Below, in pieces: positions 42,082 to 51,716 of a stretch of DNA of 64,000 nucleotides. Below the pieces are notes generated by a model, which saw nothing but the letters and a program-made list of their open reading frames with translations, searched no databases and was not told where the DNA came from. The translations under genes were made by a program, and so were the position numbers. The stretch's first letter is position 1. Every line of letters begins with the position of its first letter. Source of the DNA: Shigella phage A2; sequence record OP197928, one strand, 5' to 3'.

Positions 42082-44346
42082 TCATAATTTACAGGATGAA
42101 CAATCTTCAGCTTTTGGAGTTTCTATTTCATAATCATCAGTACCAGAACCGTCACGTGTATTATGATAATAGAAATTTTTTCCGCCAAAATACCAAAAAT
42201 ACAAAAGGTCATCAATCATTATTGACATTGGAACCTTTCCTTTTGGAAAAATCTGCGGGTCATAGTATGTATTCGCCGAAGCTGATTGACATACCCATTT
42301 AAGCATAATAGCTACTTGCGTAAGATAAGGTTTATTACCTTTCTTAGCTAATTTCCACGTATAATCATAGAGGTCTATGTTATGCTCAATATTGGGCACG
42401 ACTTGATTAAAGGAACCCTCTTTTGATTCTTTAACAGAGACTGGTCCACGTGGAGGCTCGATACCGTTTGTACTGTTAGAAACTTGGGAAGATGACTCAC
42501 ATGGCATAAGTGCTGATAATGTGCTATTACGGATGCCAAAGAGCTTAAGGTCTTCCCGCAGCGACGACCAGTCACAAACGTATTTTGGAGCTGCGATTTG
42601 GTCAATCTTTTTATTGTACCAGTCGATAGGTAATTCGCCTCGAGACCAACGAGTGTCTGAATAATATTCGCAAGGTCCTTTTTCTTTGGCGAGCTTAATG
42701 GATGCTTTAATGAGTCCATACTGTAATCTCTCAAATAGTTCATGTGTTAAATCGTTAGCATCTTCATAAGAAGCAAAGTTACTTGCCAGCCAAGCTGCAT
42801 AGTTGGTAACACCTACGCCAAGATTTCGACGCTTTTTAGCTTTTTCTGCTTCAGGAACCGGATATCCTTGGTAATCCAAAAGATTATCAAGAGCACGAAC
42901 CTGGACTTCTGCCAATTCATTAATTTTATCTTGGTCTTGCCAGTCAAAATTATCCAGTACGAATGCAGAGAGAGTACACAATCCAATTTCAGCATCAGGA
43001 CTATTCACATCATTTGTTGGAATAGCAATTTCACAGCACAAGTTACTCTGACGAATAGGTGCCTTTTCACGAATAAACGGAGTATAGTTATTCGTATTAT
43101 CAATGAACTGTACATAAATCCTTGCTGTTCCTGAGCGTTCAGTCATGAGCAATTCAAATAGTTCACGAGCTTTAATACGCTTTTTACGAATATTAGGGTC
43201 TTTTTCTGCGGCTTCATACAATTCACGGAAACGGTCTTGGTCTTTAAAATAAGAATAATAAAGCTCTCCGCCCATTTCATGGGGACTGAACAAAGTAATG
43301 TAATCGTTCTTTCCAAAACGTTCCATCATCAAATCATTCAGTTGAACACCATAATCCATATGACGAATGCGGTTTTCTTCTACGCCTTTGTTATTTTTCA
43401 AAACAAGAAGATTTTCAACTTCCAAATGCCAAATAGGATAATAAGCAGTAGCAGCGCCGCCACGAATTCCACCCTGTGAGCATGATTTAACAGCAGTCTG
43501 AAAATGTTTCCAAAAAGGAATAACACCAGTATGGCGTACTTCACCCATGCCAATCTTAGAACCTTCAGCACGAATCATACCAACGTTAATACCAATTCCA
43601 GCGCGTTTAGAGATATATTCAACAATTGAAGCGGAAGCCTTATTGATAGACTTTAATGAATCACCTGCCTCAATAACAACGCATGAACTAAACTGCCGGG
43701 TTGGAGTACGGCAACCAGCCATAATAGGAGTTGGCAATGAAATCTGTCGAGTAGATACTGCTTCATAAAAACGGATAACGTGTTTTAATCTATCAACAGG
43801 TTCATCTTGATGCAATGCCATTCCAATAGTCATAAATGCAAACTGTGGAGTTTCATAAATTTGACCAGTGGTTTTATCTTTAACTAGATATTTTTCTTTT
43901 AATTGCATCGCCCCGGAATAAGTAAATTCCATATCCCGCTCGTGCTTAATTTTTGATTCTAAAAATGTAATTTCTTCTGCAGAATATTTTGACAACAATT
44001 CAGGGTCGTATTTACCTTCATTTACACAGTAAGAAATATGGTCAATAAATGAACGTGGTTCATACTGCCCATAAACATGCTTACGAAGAGCGAACATTAA
44101 ACAGCGTGCAGCTACATATTGATAATCAGGCTCTTCAACTGAAATAGAATTCGCAGCAGCCTTAATTACAATGGTTTGAATGTCATCAGTTGTCATTCCA
44201 TCACGGAGATATGATTTAATATTTTCATATAATTCATAAGGATCTACAGATGTTCCTTCAGCTGCCCAAGATAAAACTTTAATAATTTTTTGCGGGTCAA
44301 AGCTCTGAGAAACACCACTACTTTTGATAACATTAATTAATTGCAT
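42082..44346 (-). CDS. nrdA: Ribonucleotide reductase large subunit NrdA
   Basis: 754 aa with class I RNR motifs; T4 NrdA size. Confidence 0.97.
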   Translation of the reverse strand: MQLINVIKSSGVSQSFDPQKIIKVLSWAAEGTSVDPYELYENIKSYLRDGMTTDDIQTIVIKAAANSISVEEPDYQYVAARCLMFALRKHVYGQYEPRSFIDHISYCVNEGKYDPELLSKYSAEEITFLESKIKHERDMEFTYSGAMQLKEKYLVKDKTTGQIYETPQFAFMTIGMALHQDEPVDRLKHVIRFYEAVSTRQISLPTPIMAGCRTPTRQFSSCVVIEAGDSLKSINKASASIVEYISKRAGIGINVGMIRAEGSKIGMGEVRHTGVIPFWKHFQTAVKSCSQGGIRGGAATAYYPIWHLEVENLLVLKNNKGVEENRIRHMDYGVQLNDLMMERFGKNDYITLFSPHEMGGELYYSYFKDQDRFRELYEAAEKDPNIRKKRIKARELFELLMTERSGTARIYVQFIDNTNNYTPFIREKAPIRQSNLCCEIAIPTNDVNSPDAEIGLCTLSAFVLDNFDWQDQDKINELAEVQVRALDNLLDYQGYPVPEAEKAKKRRNLGVGVTNYAAWLASNFASYEDANDLTHELFERLQYGLIKASIKLAKEKGPCEYYSDTRWSRGELPIDWYNKKIDQIAAPKYVCDWSSLREDLKLFGIRNSTLSALMPCESSSQVSNSTNGIEPPRGPVSVKESKEGSFNQVVPNIEHNIDLYDYTWKLAKKGNKPYLTQVAIMLKWVCQSASANTYYDPQIFPKGKVPMSIMIDDLLYFWYFGGKNFYYHNTRDGSGTDDYEIETPKAEDCSSCKL

Positions 44347-44663
44347 AAGTCCTCAACTTGAAAATCGTCTTTAAACAATCGGTTAACTATATGAGCTATT
44401 ATATCACCATGACACGGCTTTGGTTTACATGTGCATCCTAGCCTCATTCCACGTAAAGGCTCTAAATGTGCTTTAGTTATTTCTCCGGATTTAATTCGAC
44501 GTATAAAATCTTTTTTGAATAATTCAATGGCAGCCTCCCGGCTGCCAGCATCTTTACCGACGTAATTTCCCCAAAATGTACCACGGTGAATATTAACATC
44601 AAAGTCGGATTTATATTTATTCACTACTCGGCATATACGGCCTGCGCGGTTGTAAGTGTTCAT
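44337..44663 (-). CDS. Hypothetical protein (nrdA.1 position)
   Basis: 108-aa ORF with CTCKPKPCH cysteine cluster. Confidence 0.5.
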   Translation of the reverse strand: MNTYNRAGRICRVVNKYKSDFDVNIHRGTFWGNYVGKDAGSREAAIELFKKDFIRRIKSGEITKAHLEPLRGMRLGCTCKPKPCHGDIIAHIVNRLFKDDFQVEDLCN

Positions 44664-44892
44664 ATTGTTCTTCCGTTAAAACAGTAATATCGTAGTAACA
44701 GTCAGAAGAAGTTTTAACTGTGGAAATTTTATTATCAAAATACTCACGAGTCATTTTATGAGTATAATATTTTTTGCCATAAATGATAATAGGCTGTTCT
44801 GGTCCTGGAACTTCTAACTCGCTTGGATTAGGAAGTGTAAAAAGAACGACACCAGAAGTATCCTTAAATCGTAAAATCATATATCCTCTCAA
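44617..44892 (-). CDS. Hypothetical protein (nrdA.2 position)
   Basis: 91-aa ORF. Confidence 0.5.
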   Translation of the reverse strand: MRGYMILRFKDTSGVVLFTLPNPSELEVPGPEQPIIIYGKKYYTHKMTREYFDNKISTVKTSSDCYYDITVLTEEQYEHLQPRRPYMPSSE

Positions 44893-44903
44893 TTAAATTA
44901 AAA

Positions 44904-45764
44904 TTACACCGCCATCTTTCCTTTCAATACACCGTGGGACTGATAATCTTTGAGAACGAAATCTTTAGGCCTGAGTTTAAGAACATATTCCAATTGTTCT
45001 TTAGTAGAAAGATAACGGAATTTATAAGGCAATCCGCCTATTACCAGTTCACAAAGCTCTTTAGGTTCACGACGCAAAATTTCTTTGCATTGTTCTACAT
45101 GATTCATATAGATATGAGTATTACCACCAGAAAATATCAAATCTCCTGGAGTAAGATTACACATCTTAGCTACAATATGAACTAACGCAGCATATGATGC
45201 AATATTAAATGGAAGGCCGAGAAAAACATCTACTGATCGTTGATACCACTGCAAATCCAAATAGCCATTACGCACATTAAACTGATAGAACATATGACAA
45301 GGCGGTAATGCCATCTGCTTGATTTCAGCTGGATTCCATGCTGAAACGATTTGACGTCGATCAGTTGGTAATTTTTTAATACGATCAATAGTTTCAACTA
45401 ATTGATCCACACCACCGAAATCACGCCATTGTTTACCATATATAGGACCAAGTTCACCACTATGATATCCTAGGTCTTTAGCCTGGTTTTCATAGTTATC
45501 GTCCCAAATAGTTTTACCTTGAATAAGACTACCATGAGTGCGAAGACGTAAATCATTAACATTGGTAGAACCGGAAATAAACCATAAAAGCTCAGCAATG
45601 CATGCATTCCAGGCGAGCTTCTTAGTTGTTACTGCAGGAAAACCTTTGGTTAAATCCCATCGTAATTTAGTACCGAACAAAGCAATTGTTCCTGTGCCCG
45701 TTCGGTCATCGGTTTCATAGCCATTTTCAAAAATGTCTTTAATTAAATCTTGGTATTGTTTCAT
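44904..45764 (-). CDS. td: Thymidylate synthase, uninterrupted
   Basis: 286-aa continuous ORF; no intron. Confidence 0.97.
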   Translation of the reverse strand: MKQYQDLIKDIFENGYETDDRTGTGTIALFGTKLRWDLTKGFPAVTTKKLAWNACIAELLWFISGSTNVNDLRLRTHGSLIQGKTIWDDNYENQAKDLGYHSGELGPIYGKQWRDFGGVDQLVETIDRIKKLPTDRRQIVSAWNPAEIKQMALPPCHMFYQFNVRNGYLDLQWYQRSVDVFLGLPFNIASYAALVHIVAKMCNLTPGDLIFSGGNTHIYMNHVEQCKEILRREPKELCELVIGGLPYKFRYLSTKEQLEYVLKLRPKDFVLKDYQSHGVLKGKMAV

Positions 45765-45809
45765 TTAGTACCTTATATAAATTATAATACATTTTATGAA
45801 GCTAAATAA

Positions 45810-46169
45810 TCAATACGGTTTAGCATCAAATTTTCTCTCAATTTCAGGCGTGAAATATAATTCTTTACCGCGTTTGGAAAAGCGACCAATAATATGATAA
45901 TTATTCTCATCAAACGTGATATTACCAATATCCATAGCTTTCAACCAAATATCGATATTTCTATCCAGCTTTATATCAAAATTCCAATACGGAGAACTAT
46001 TACCGAAAATAATGCAAGCGGATTCAGTGAAACAACTGCTATAAATCTTGTCTTTAGGAACTACTAATTGATAGACACCTTTAATAAACTGAGGACCCTG
46101 CCACTTTGGCTGTTTCGTGTCTTTTTCTAATAGAATAGGGTAATAATTAAAATTCATATTTTCCGCCAC
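45810..46169 (-). CDS. Hypothetical protein inserted between frd and td
   Basis: 119-aa ORF with its own spacing; no recognisable domain. Confidence 0.5.
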   Translation of the reverse strand: MAENMNFNYYPILLEKDTKQPKWQGPQFIKGVYQLVVPKDKIYSSCFTESACIIFGNSSPYWNFDIKLDRNIDIWLKAMDIGNITFDENNYHIIGRFSKRGKELYFTPEIERKFDAKPY

Positions 46170-46177
46170 GTGTTATT

Positions 46178-47007
<830 letters not shown>

Positions 47008-47018
47008 ATTATCTCCTA

Positions 47019-47351
47019 TTAAAAAGGATCAGGAACATATCCACTAGCTTTAATCATTTTAATTAACGTTAACATTCCTTTGTTAACTGCTTGTGAGATT
47101 TCATCAAAAACTTCATCATTAAAAAGTTCTAGCACACCCTTCTGAACTTTTAATTTACAGCCAACAATTTCGTCATCGCCTATAGTAAATTCATTACCGC
47201 CAATTCCACCGAAAAACTTAATTACCCCAGTTAACTGTCTTCCACGAGAATATGGGTCATGTGATAAAGTAATATGAGTCACCCCAGGTACAGTTTTAAA
47301 TTGACAGCGAATGTTTACTTGAGAAATTCCAGTTACATGAATGTCAGACAT
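47019..47351 (-). CDS. Hypothetical protein (frd.2 position)
   Basis: 110-aa ORF. Confidence 0.5.
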   Translation of the reverse strand: MSDIHVTGISQVNIRCQFKTVPGVTHITLSHDPYSRGRQLTGVIKFFGGIGGNEFTIGDDEIVGCKLKVQKGVLELFNDEVFDEISQAVNKGMLTLIKMIKASGYVPDPF

Positions 47352-47361
47352 AATATTTTCC

Positions 47362-47604
47362 TCAAACAGACTTTTTCACAATTTTCCAATCAGCTTTAAA
47401 CTGATCAACATCAGAATGGTAAATCCAGAATCCTGCGCTTTCTCCATCTTCATAAAGAGGACATCCATCGCATTCATCTTCCCATCCCATATCACGCAAA
47501 AGACGTTCAGCTTTTTCAACAAGTTCAGAATCTTTACCGATGATATTAAAATACCATTTACCTTTAACTTCTGAATCTTTAATGCTCTGACGTTGTAATC
47601 TCAT
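47362..47604 (-). CDS. Hypothetical protein (frd.3 position)
   Basis: 80-aa ORF. Confidence 0.5.
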   Translation of the reverse strand: MRLQRQSIKDSEVKGKWYFNIIGKDSELVEKAERLLRDMGWEDECDGCPLYEDGESAGFWIYHSDVDQFKADWKIVKKSV

Positions 47605-47629
47605 TTTATTCTCCTTAGTTGATAGGGTA

Positions 47630-47659
47630 ATAGTATCACACTACTACCCTACTGTAAAC
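47630..47659 (-). promoter_or_regulatory. T4-type early promoter (-35 GTTTAC, -10 TACTAT)
   Basis: Plus GTAAAC 47654..47659 and ATAGTA 47630..47635. Confidence 0.5.
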
Positions 47660-48021
47660 TACTTTTTGAAAGTTTTTCGCAAAAGTTCAATGATTTCATC
47701 TACATTGTTTTCGTCAACAATGCAGTGAATTTTTGTTACGCCAGAAACCTTGTCTTCGACTTCATCTTCAGAAGTCGGTTCTTTATACTCACGAAAACAA
47801 TGAAATTCATCTTCGCAGACGTTGAAGTAAAAATGCTTTCCATTGGCGCATTCTACGTGTTTTACTACTTTAAATCCATCAGCAAAGAAAACTTCTTTAA
47901 CTTCAAACCATCCGCCATTTTCTTGAATAGCTTTAACTATTAATGAATTAGAACGCGGGCGATAATTAATAAATGTATCAATAAGTCTTGGAACAAGTTC
48001 GTACTTTTTATCAATATACAT
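47659..48021 (-). CDS. Hypothetical Cys/His-containing protein
   Basis: 120-aa ORF; HVECANGKHFYFNVCEDEFHCF suggests possible metal binding. Confidence 0.5.
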   Translation of the reverse strand: MYIDKKYELVPRLIDTFINYRPRSNSLIVKAIQENGGWFEVKEVFFADGFKVVKHVECANGKHFYFNVCEDEFHCFREYKEPTSEDEVEDKVSGVTKIHCIVDENNVDEIIELLRKTFKK

Positions 48022-48066
48022 TATGTTTTCCTCATTTTAATAGGGGGCTTGATAGCCCCTCGATAA

Positions 48067-48318
48067 TTACTGTTCAATCAATCCCATGTAAAATTCTGCA
48101 TCTTCAGCATCCATACCATCACAGTATTCATTAGCCATAAATCGTTCAAGAACTTCTAAAGGACCTTCAATAACAATAGAAAAATTGCAATAATTGGGAT
48201 CATCATGAATACTTGTGATACTAAGTTCAGGATAACGATTACGAATAATTTCTTCAATATATTCAAAATCAACGATGTCAATATCAACTTTAGCCATATT
48301 ATTTTCCTCTTTAATCAT
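48067..48318 (-). CDS. Hypothetical acidic protein
   Basis: 83-aa ORF (alternative start at 48297); early-promoter-like element upstream at 48341..48370. Confidence 0.45.
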   Translation of the reverse strand: MIKEENNMAKVDIDIVDFEYIEEIIRNRYPELSITSIHDDPNYCNFSIVIEGPLEVLERFMANEYCDGMDAEDAEFYMGLIEQ

Positions 48319-48390
48319 CAGCAGTATTGCCGATAGTTGTATAGTACCATAAAGCTTTATGCTTGTAAACCGTTTTGTGAAAAAATTTTT

Positions 48391-48420
48391 GAAATAAAAA
48401 AGGGGACCTCTAGGGTCCCC
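48391..48420 (-). terminator. Intrinsic terminator downstream of gene 32 (GGGGACC-tetraloop-GGUCCCC then UUUUUUAUUU)
   Basis: 7-bp GC stem followed on minus strand by T6 run, 22 nt after gene 32 stop. Confidence 0.75.
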
Positions 48421-48442
48421 AATTAATTAGTAATATAATCTA

Positions 48443-49351
48443 TTAAAGGTCATTCAAAAGGTCATCCAGGTCCGTGTCATCAGCACTAGATGAACTGCCA
48501 GAGCTTGAGCTCATAAAATCATCTTCAGTTTTTGTTTTGAAGTCATCAACATTAAATGCATCCAAATCATCAGCAACTTTATCGGCTTTCTTAGCAGCAG
48601 TTGCTGCGGCACCACCCATAGCAGCAGTTCCCATAACTTGACTGAACTTAGTGCTCAGTTCTTCAAACGATTTGAATTTATCTTTAGAAGTCATTTCAGA
48701 AAGGTCAACCATTTGTTCGAACAGTTCTTTCTGGAAAGATTCATCATCAATGTTTGGAATCGCAGATTGATTCAGGAATTTAGATTCGTCGTAGTTACTA
48801 AAACCAGAAACTTGTTTAACTTTCAGTACAAAGTTAGCACCTTCCCACGGACAAGTTACATCAACCGGAGTTTCACCCATTTCAACATCAACTGCAATCA
48901 TTGCGTTGATTTTATCCCAGATTTTCTTACCGAAACGGTATTTAAATACTTTACCTTCATTTTCTGGAGCAGCTGGGTCTTTTACTACAAGAATGTTAGC
49001 CCAGTAAGAAGTTTTACGTTTAACAAGACCGTACTCTTTATTGTCAGTGTTGTACAAATCATTTTTACTGATATACTGACATACTGGGCAAGAATCGTAA
49101 TCACCGTGGGTAGATGAACAGTTTTCAATATACCATTTACCATTTTTCTTGAAACCGTGATTTACAAGAATTGCGAATGGTGCTTGTTCATCATTTTTAG
49201 ACGGAAGAAAACGAATTACTGCTTGACCGTTACCCGCATTATCGAGTTTCAGTTTCCACTCGCCTTTATCTTCAGAAGAAAAACCACCTTTGTTTCCAGC
49301 CAGTTTAGCCATTTGTGCAGCGAGTTCAGCAGTAGATTTACGTTTAAACAT
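48443..49351 (-). CDS. 32: Single-stranded DNA-binding protein gp32
   Basis: 302 aa; near-identical to recalled T4 gp32 including acidic C-terminus. Confidence 0.97.
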   Translation of the reverse strand: MFKRKSTAELAAQMAKLAGNKGGFSSEDKGEWKLKLDNAGNGQAVIRFLPSKNDEQAPFAILVNHGFKKNGKWYIENCSSTHGDYDSCPVCQYISKNDLYNTDNKEYGLVKRKTSYWANILVVKDPAAPENEGKVFKYRFGKKIWDKINAMIAVDVEMGETPVDVTCPWEGANFVLKVKQVSGFSNYDESKFLNQSAIPNIDDESFQKELFEQMVDLSEMTSKDKFKSFEELSTKFSQVMGTAAMGGAAATAAKKADKVADDLDAFNVDDFKTKTEDDFMSSSSGSSSSADDTDLDDLLNDL

Positions 49352-49430
49352 TTTTATTTCCTTTTTAATTTAATTAACAGTTGGTGCTATGACGATGTAT
49401 GACCTCATAGCTGGTCAGTGAGATAATTAT
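49352..49430 (-). promoter_or_regulatory. Gene 32 autoregulatory translational operator (leader pseudoknot plus A/U-rich gp32-binding region)
   Basis: Leader ...GCTGACCAGCTATGAGGTCATACATCGTCATAGCACC... then TTAATTAAATTAAAAAGGAAATAAAA-ATG matches the recalled T4 gene 32 leader. Confidence 0.55.
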
Positions 49431-49434
49431 AATC

Positions 49435-49442
49435 TATTTATA
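49435..49442 (-). promoter_or_regulatory. Late promoter TATAAATA for gene 32 (minus strand)
   Basis: Plus-strand TATTTATA just downstream of gene 59 stop. Confidence 0.5.
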
Positions 49443-49450
49443 ATAAGCAA

Positions 49451-50104
49451 TTAATACTTGCAAGATTTCACAGTTTCAATGAAAACTTTTTTAGCTTCCT
49501 GTGAATCGATATTTAAAATTTTTCTATAAGCCTTTAACTTTATAGAATAATTATTCCAGACTAAATTATCAGTCTGTTCATCATGTTTATCGATTATATT
49601 TAAAAACGAATCAAGCAAGATAAACGTCTCAAACGAAATTATATTCGATTGCAGAAGTTTAAAAATATAACTTGATTGAACTTTTGGATTATACTCAAAG
49701 ATTTCTTTAAAAGCAGAAACTTCAACTTTTTTACTAAAATAATAAATGTTGCGAATATCTTCTTCAAACTTAAATTTAATTTGCTTTAAGCGTCCGATAT
49801 ATTCACGATAAAACACAAGTGCATCAGCGTCAGAGATGTCACCAATCCAAGCATCTTGGTTAGCAACAAGATTGCTTATAAAGATTAAAGCAAGTTCCTT
49901 TAATTTATATTTTTCTGATAACTTCTGGAAAAAATACTTATCCCTTCGCTTTTGATAAGCGGCATCAGACACCCGCATGCACCAATTATACTTAATTACA
50001 TCATACTTTCCATTCATATGTTGTTTTATCATTAAGTATAATTTATAAACTGATTTACCATCAATATATCTTTCACCACCAGCAGGCATGCGGAGTTTAA
50101 TCAT
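49451..50104 (-). CDS. 59: Helicase loader gp59
   Basis: 217 aa, matches T4 gp59. Confidence 0.95.
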   Translation of the reverse strand: MIKLRMPAGGERYIDGKSVYKLYLMIKQHMNGKYDVIKYNWCMRVSDAAYQKRRDKYFFQKLSEKYKLKELALIFISNLVANQDAWIGDISDADALVFYREYIGRLKQIKFKFEEDIRNIYYFSKKVEVSAFKEIFEYNPKVQSSYIFKLLQSNIISFETFILLDSFLNIIDKHDEQTDNLVWNNYSIKLKAYRKILNIDSQEAKKVFIETVKSCKY

Positions 50105-50439
50105 AGTAGAAAATCTAATGTATTAGTTTTTTCACAACGAACAACAGAAGGACGTAAAAGATTTTCGTCAATAGCTTCTGACTGAATTTTTTCAATTATA
50201 CCCGAAGGAATAAATTTAGCAAATTGAGTTTCAGGAATAGAATTTTCTTCCAAGAATGCTGTTGTAGCTTCAAGATAACTCATTCCAAACTCTTCTACCA
50301 TTTTTTCAATAATAAATCCATTTTCTTGGCGGTCAAGAAGCTTTGCAATTTCATCCTTTTCTTTCTTAATTGAAAGTTCTTTTTCTGAAAGCCCGGCCTC
50401 ATCGACCGGGCGAATATCATTTAGAGAAAACTGTGTCAT
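50101..50439 (-). CDS. 33: Late transcription accessory protein gp33
   Basis: ORF to 50448; start set at MTQFSLNDIRP... (112 aa) by recalled T4 gp33. Confidence 0.9.
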   Translation of the reverse strand: MTQFSLNDIRPVDEAGLSEKELSIKKEKDEIAKLLDRQENGFIIEKMVEEFGMSYLEATTAFLEENSIPETQFAKFIPSGIIEKIQSEAIDENLLRPSVVRCEKTNTLDFLL

Positions 50440-50686
50440 AAAGTTCAACTACCTCTTCAGTTTCAGCTTCAAACACATCACGGTTATCTTTATGATACAA
50501 AGCTAATAGACGATTAAACATCTTGCCATCAACACCAAGTTCATCTTTGGCACGAATTCGAATATCTTTAATCAATTCATTATAACCAGAAATTTTCAGT
50601 TTATGATCAGATGCTTCTTTAATAAATTTAGCCAAGTCTTCGCCATGGATAGCTTCATCAAATTCAACCATTTCTTTTTTAGCCAT
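50417..50686 (-). CDS. dsbA: Double-stranded DNA-binding protein DsbA
   Basis: 89 aa, T4 DsbA size; overlaps gene 33 start. Confidence 0.88.
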   Translation of the reverse strand: MAKKEMVEFDEAIHGEDLAKFIKEASDHKLKISGYNELIKDIRIRAKDELGVDGKMFNRLLALYHKDNRDVFEAETEEVVELYDTVFSK

Positions 50687-50694
50687 TATTCACC

Positions 50695-51612
50695 TCAAAA
50701 TTCATTAATGCTATTAGTTAATTTAGAAAGACCCGCTTTTACAAAATATGAATAAATTTTGCCGCGCGGTGGTAATTTATATGAATTATAGTAATTCACA
50801 ATGTTTGAAGCAATATTATCAGGAATATAATCAAAATCAATTAGAACTAAATTTTCTTTATAACGATTATATTCAGATTCTGTGAGAAGCACCTTAGCTT
50901 GCTCACGATCATTAGCAATAGCTTCAACAATAGAGGTTTTCATTGAAGGAGTTCGTTCACCTTCAACTTTGGTAAACCAAAAGTCAGATCGTACTTTAAC
51001 TGAAGCAACGTTATCCTTTTTGTCGCCTTTAAGGATTTTAGTCATACAGTCAATTTCAGCAGAACCGCTTTTAATTTTAACCCATTTCTTATGCATCGGC
51101 GACCATTGCTTAACATTTGGGTATTTATGAAGCTGTGTAAAGTCACCATCCGATGAAATGATTAAAATCTTGTGTCCTTCTAAAGAGAACTTTTTAACAA
51201 GAACAGCAATGTGGTCATCTGCTTCATACTTATCAATATCCATAACAATGTATGGCATATAAGCTTTCAATTCATCTATAACTTTATGGCTGGATTCAAA
51301 ATAACCTTCCCAGTCCCAAGTAGATTCTTCTCGTGCTTTTCCACGGTTTTTCTTATAATAATACGCGAAATCACGACGCCAGTATCCAGATTTCGCGTTA
51401 TCAATACACAATACAATTTTAGTGTATCCAAGAGTTTTTGCTTTTTTGACATTAAACTTAATTGAGTTCAATATCAAATGACGAACCATTGATAAATTAA
51501 TTTTTTCTTTATCTGGGAAGTTTACTAAAGCAGTTGAAAGCGCAATTTGACTAAAGTCAATAAAGCAAATTCCTTCTTTATAATCTTCATCCAACATCAT
51601 TTCTAAATCCAT
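50695..51612 (-). CDS. rnh: RNase H (5-prime to 3-prime exonuclease, FEN family)
   Basis: ORF to 51627; start set at MDLEMMLDEDYKEG... (305 aa) by recalled T4 RNase H. Confidence 0.93.
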   Translation of the reverse strand: MDLEMMLDEDYKEGICFIDFSQIALSTALVNFPDKEKINLSMVRHLILNSIKFNVKKAKTLGYTKIVLCIDNAKSGYWRRDFAYYYKKNRGKAREESTWDWEGYFESSHKVIDELKAYMPYIVMDIDKYEADDHIAVLVKKFSLEGHKILIISSDGDFTQLHKYPNVKQWSPMHKKWVKIKSGSAEIDCMTKILKGDKKDNVASVKVRSDFWFTKVEGERTPSMKTSIVEAIANDREQAKVLLTESEYNRYKENLVLIDFDYIPDNIASNIVNYYNSYKLPPRGKIYSYFVKAGLSKLTNSINEF

Positions 51613-51674
51613 ATGAACCTCGTTCAATTAGTGAGATTTCTATTATATACCATCCAAATCTTAAAGTAAACAAG

Positions 51675-51682
51675 TATAAATA
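51675..51682 (+). promoter_or_regulatory. T4-type late promoter box TATAAATA upstream of gene 34
   Basis: Exact TATAAATA 35 nt upstream of ATG 51717. Confidence 0.6.
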
Positions 51683-51716
51683 CTTATTATTGAAAACACA
51701 ATAGGAGCCCGGGAGA

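Noticed and set aside
48638-49117. 159-aa plus-strand ORF overlapping gene 32
   Set aside because: Antisense to the gp32 coding region; Phe/Asn-rich low-complexity translation, no SD; artefact.
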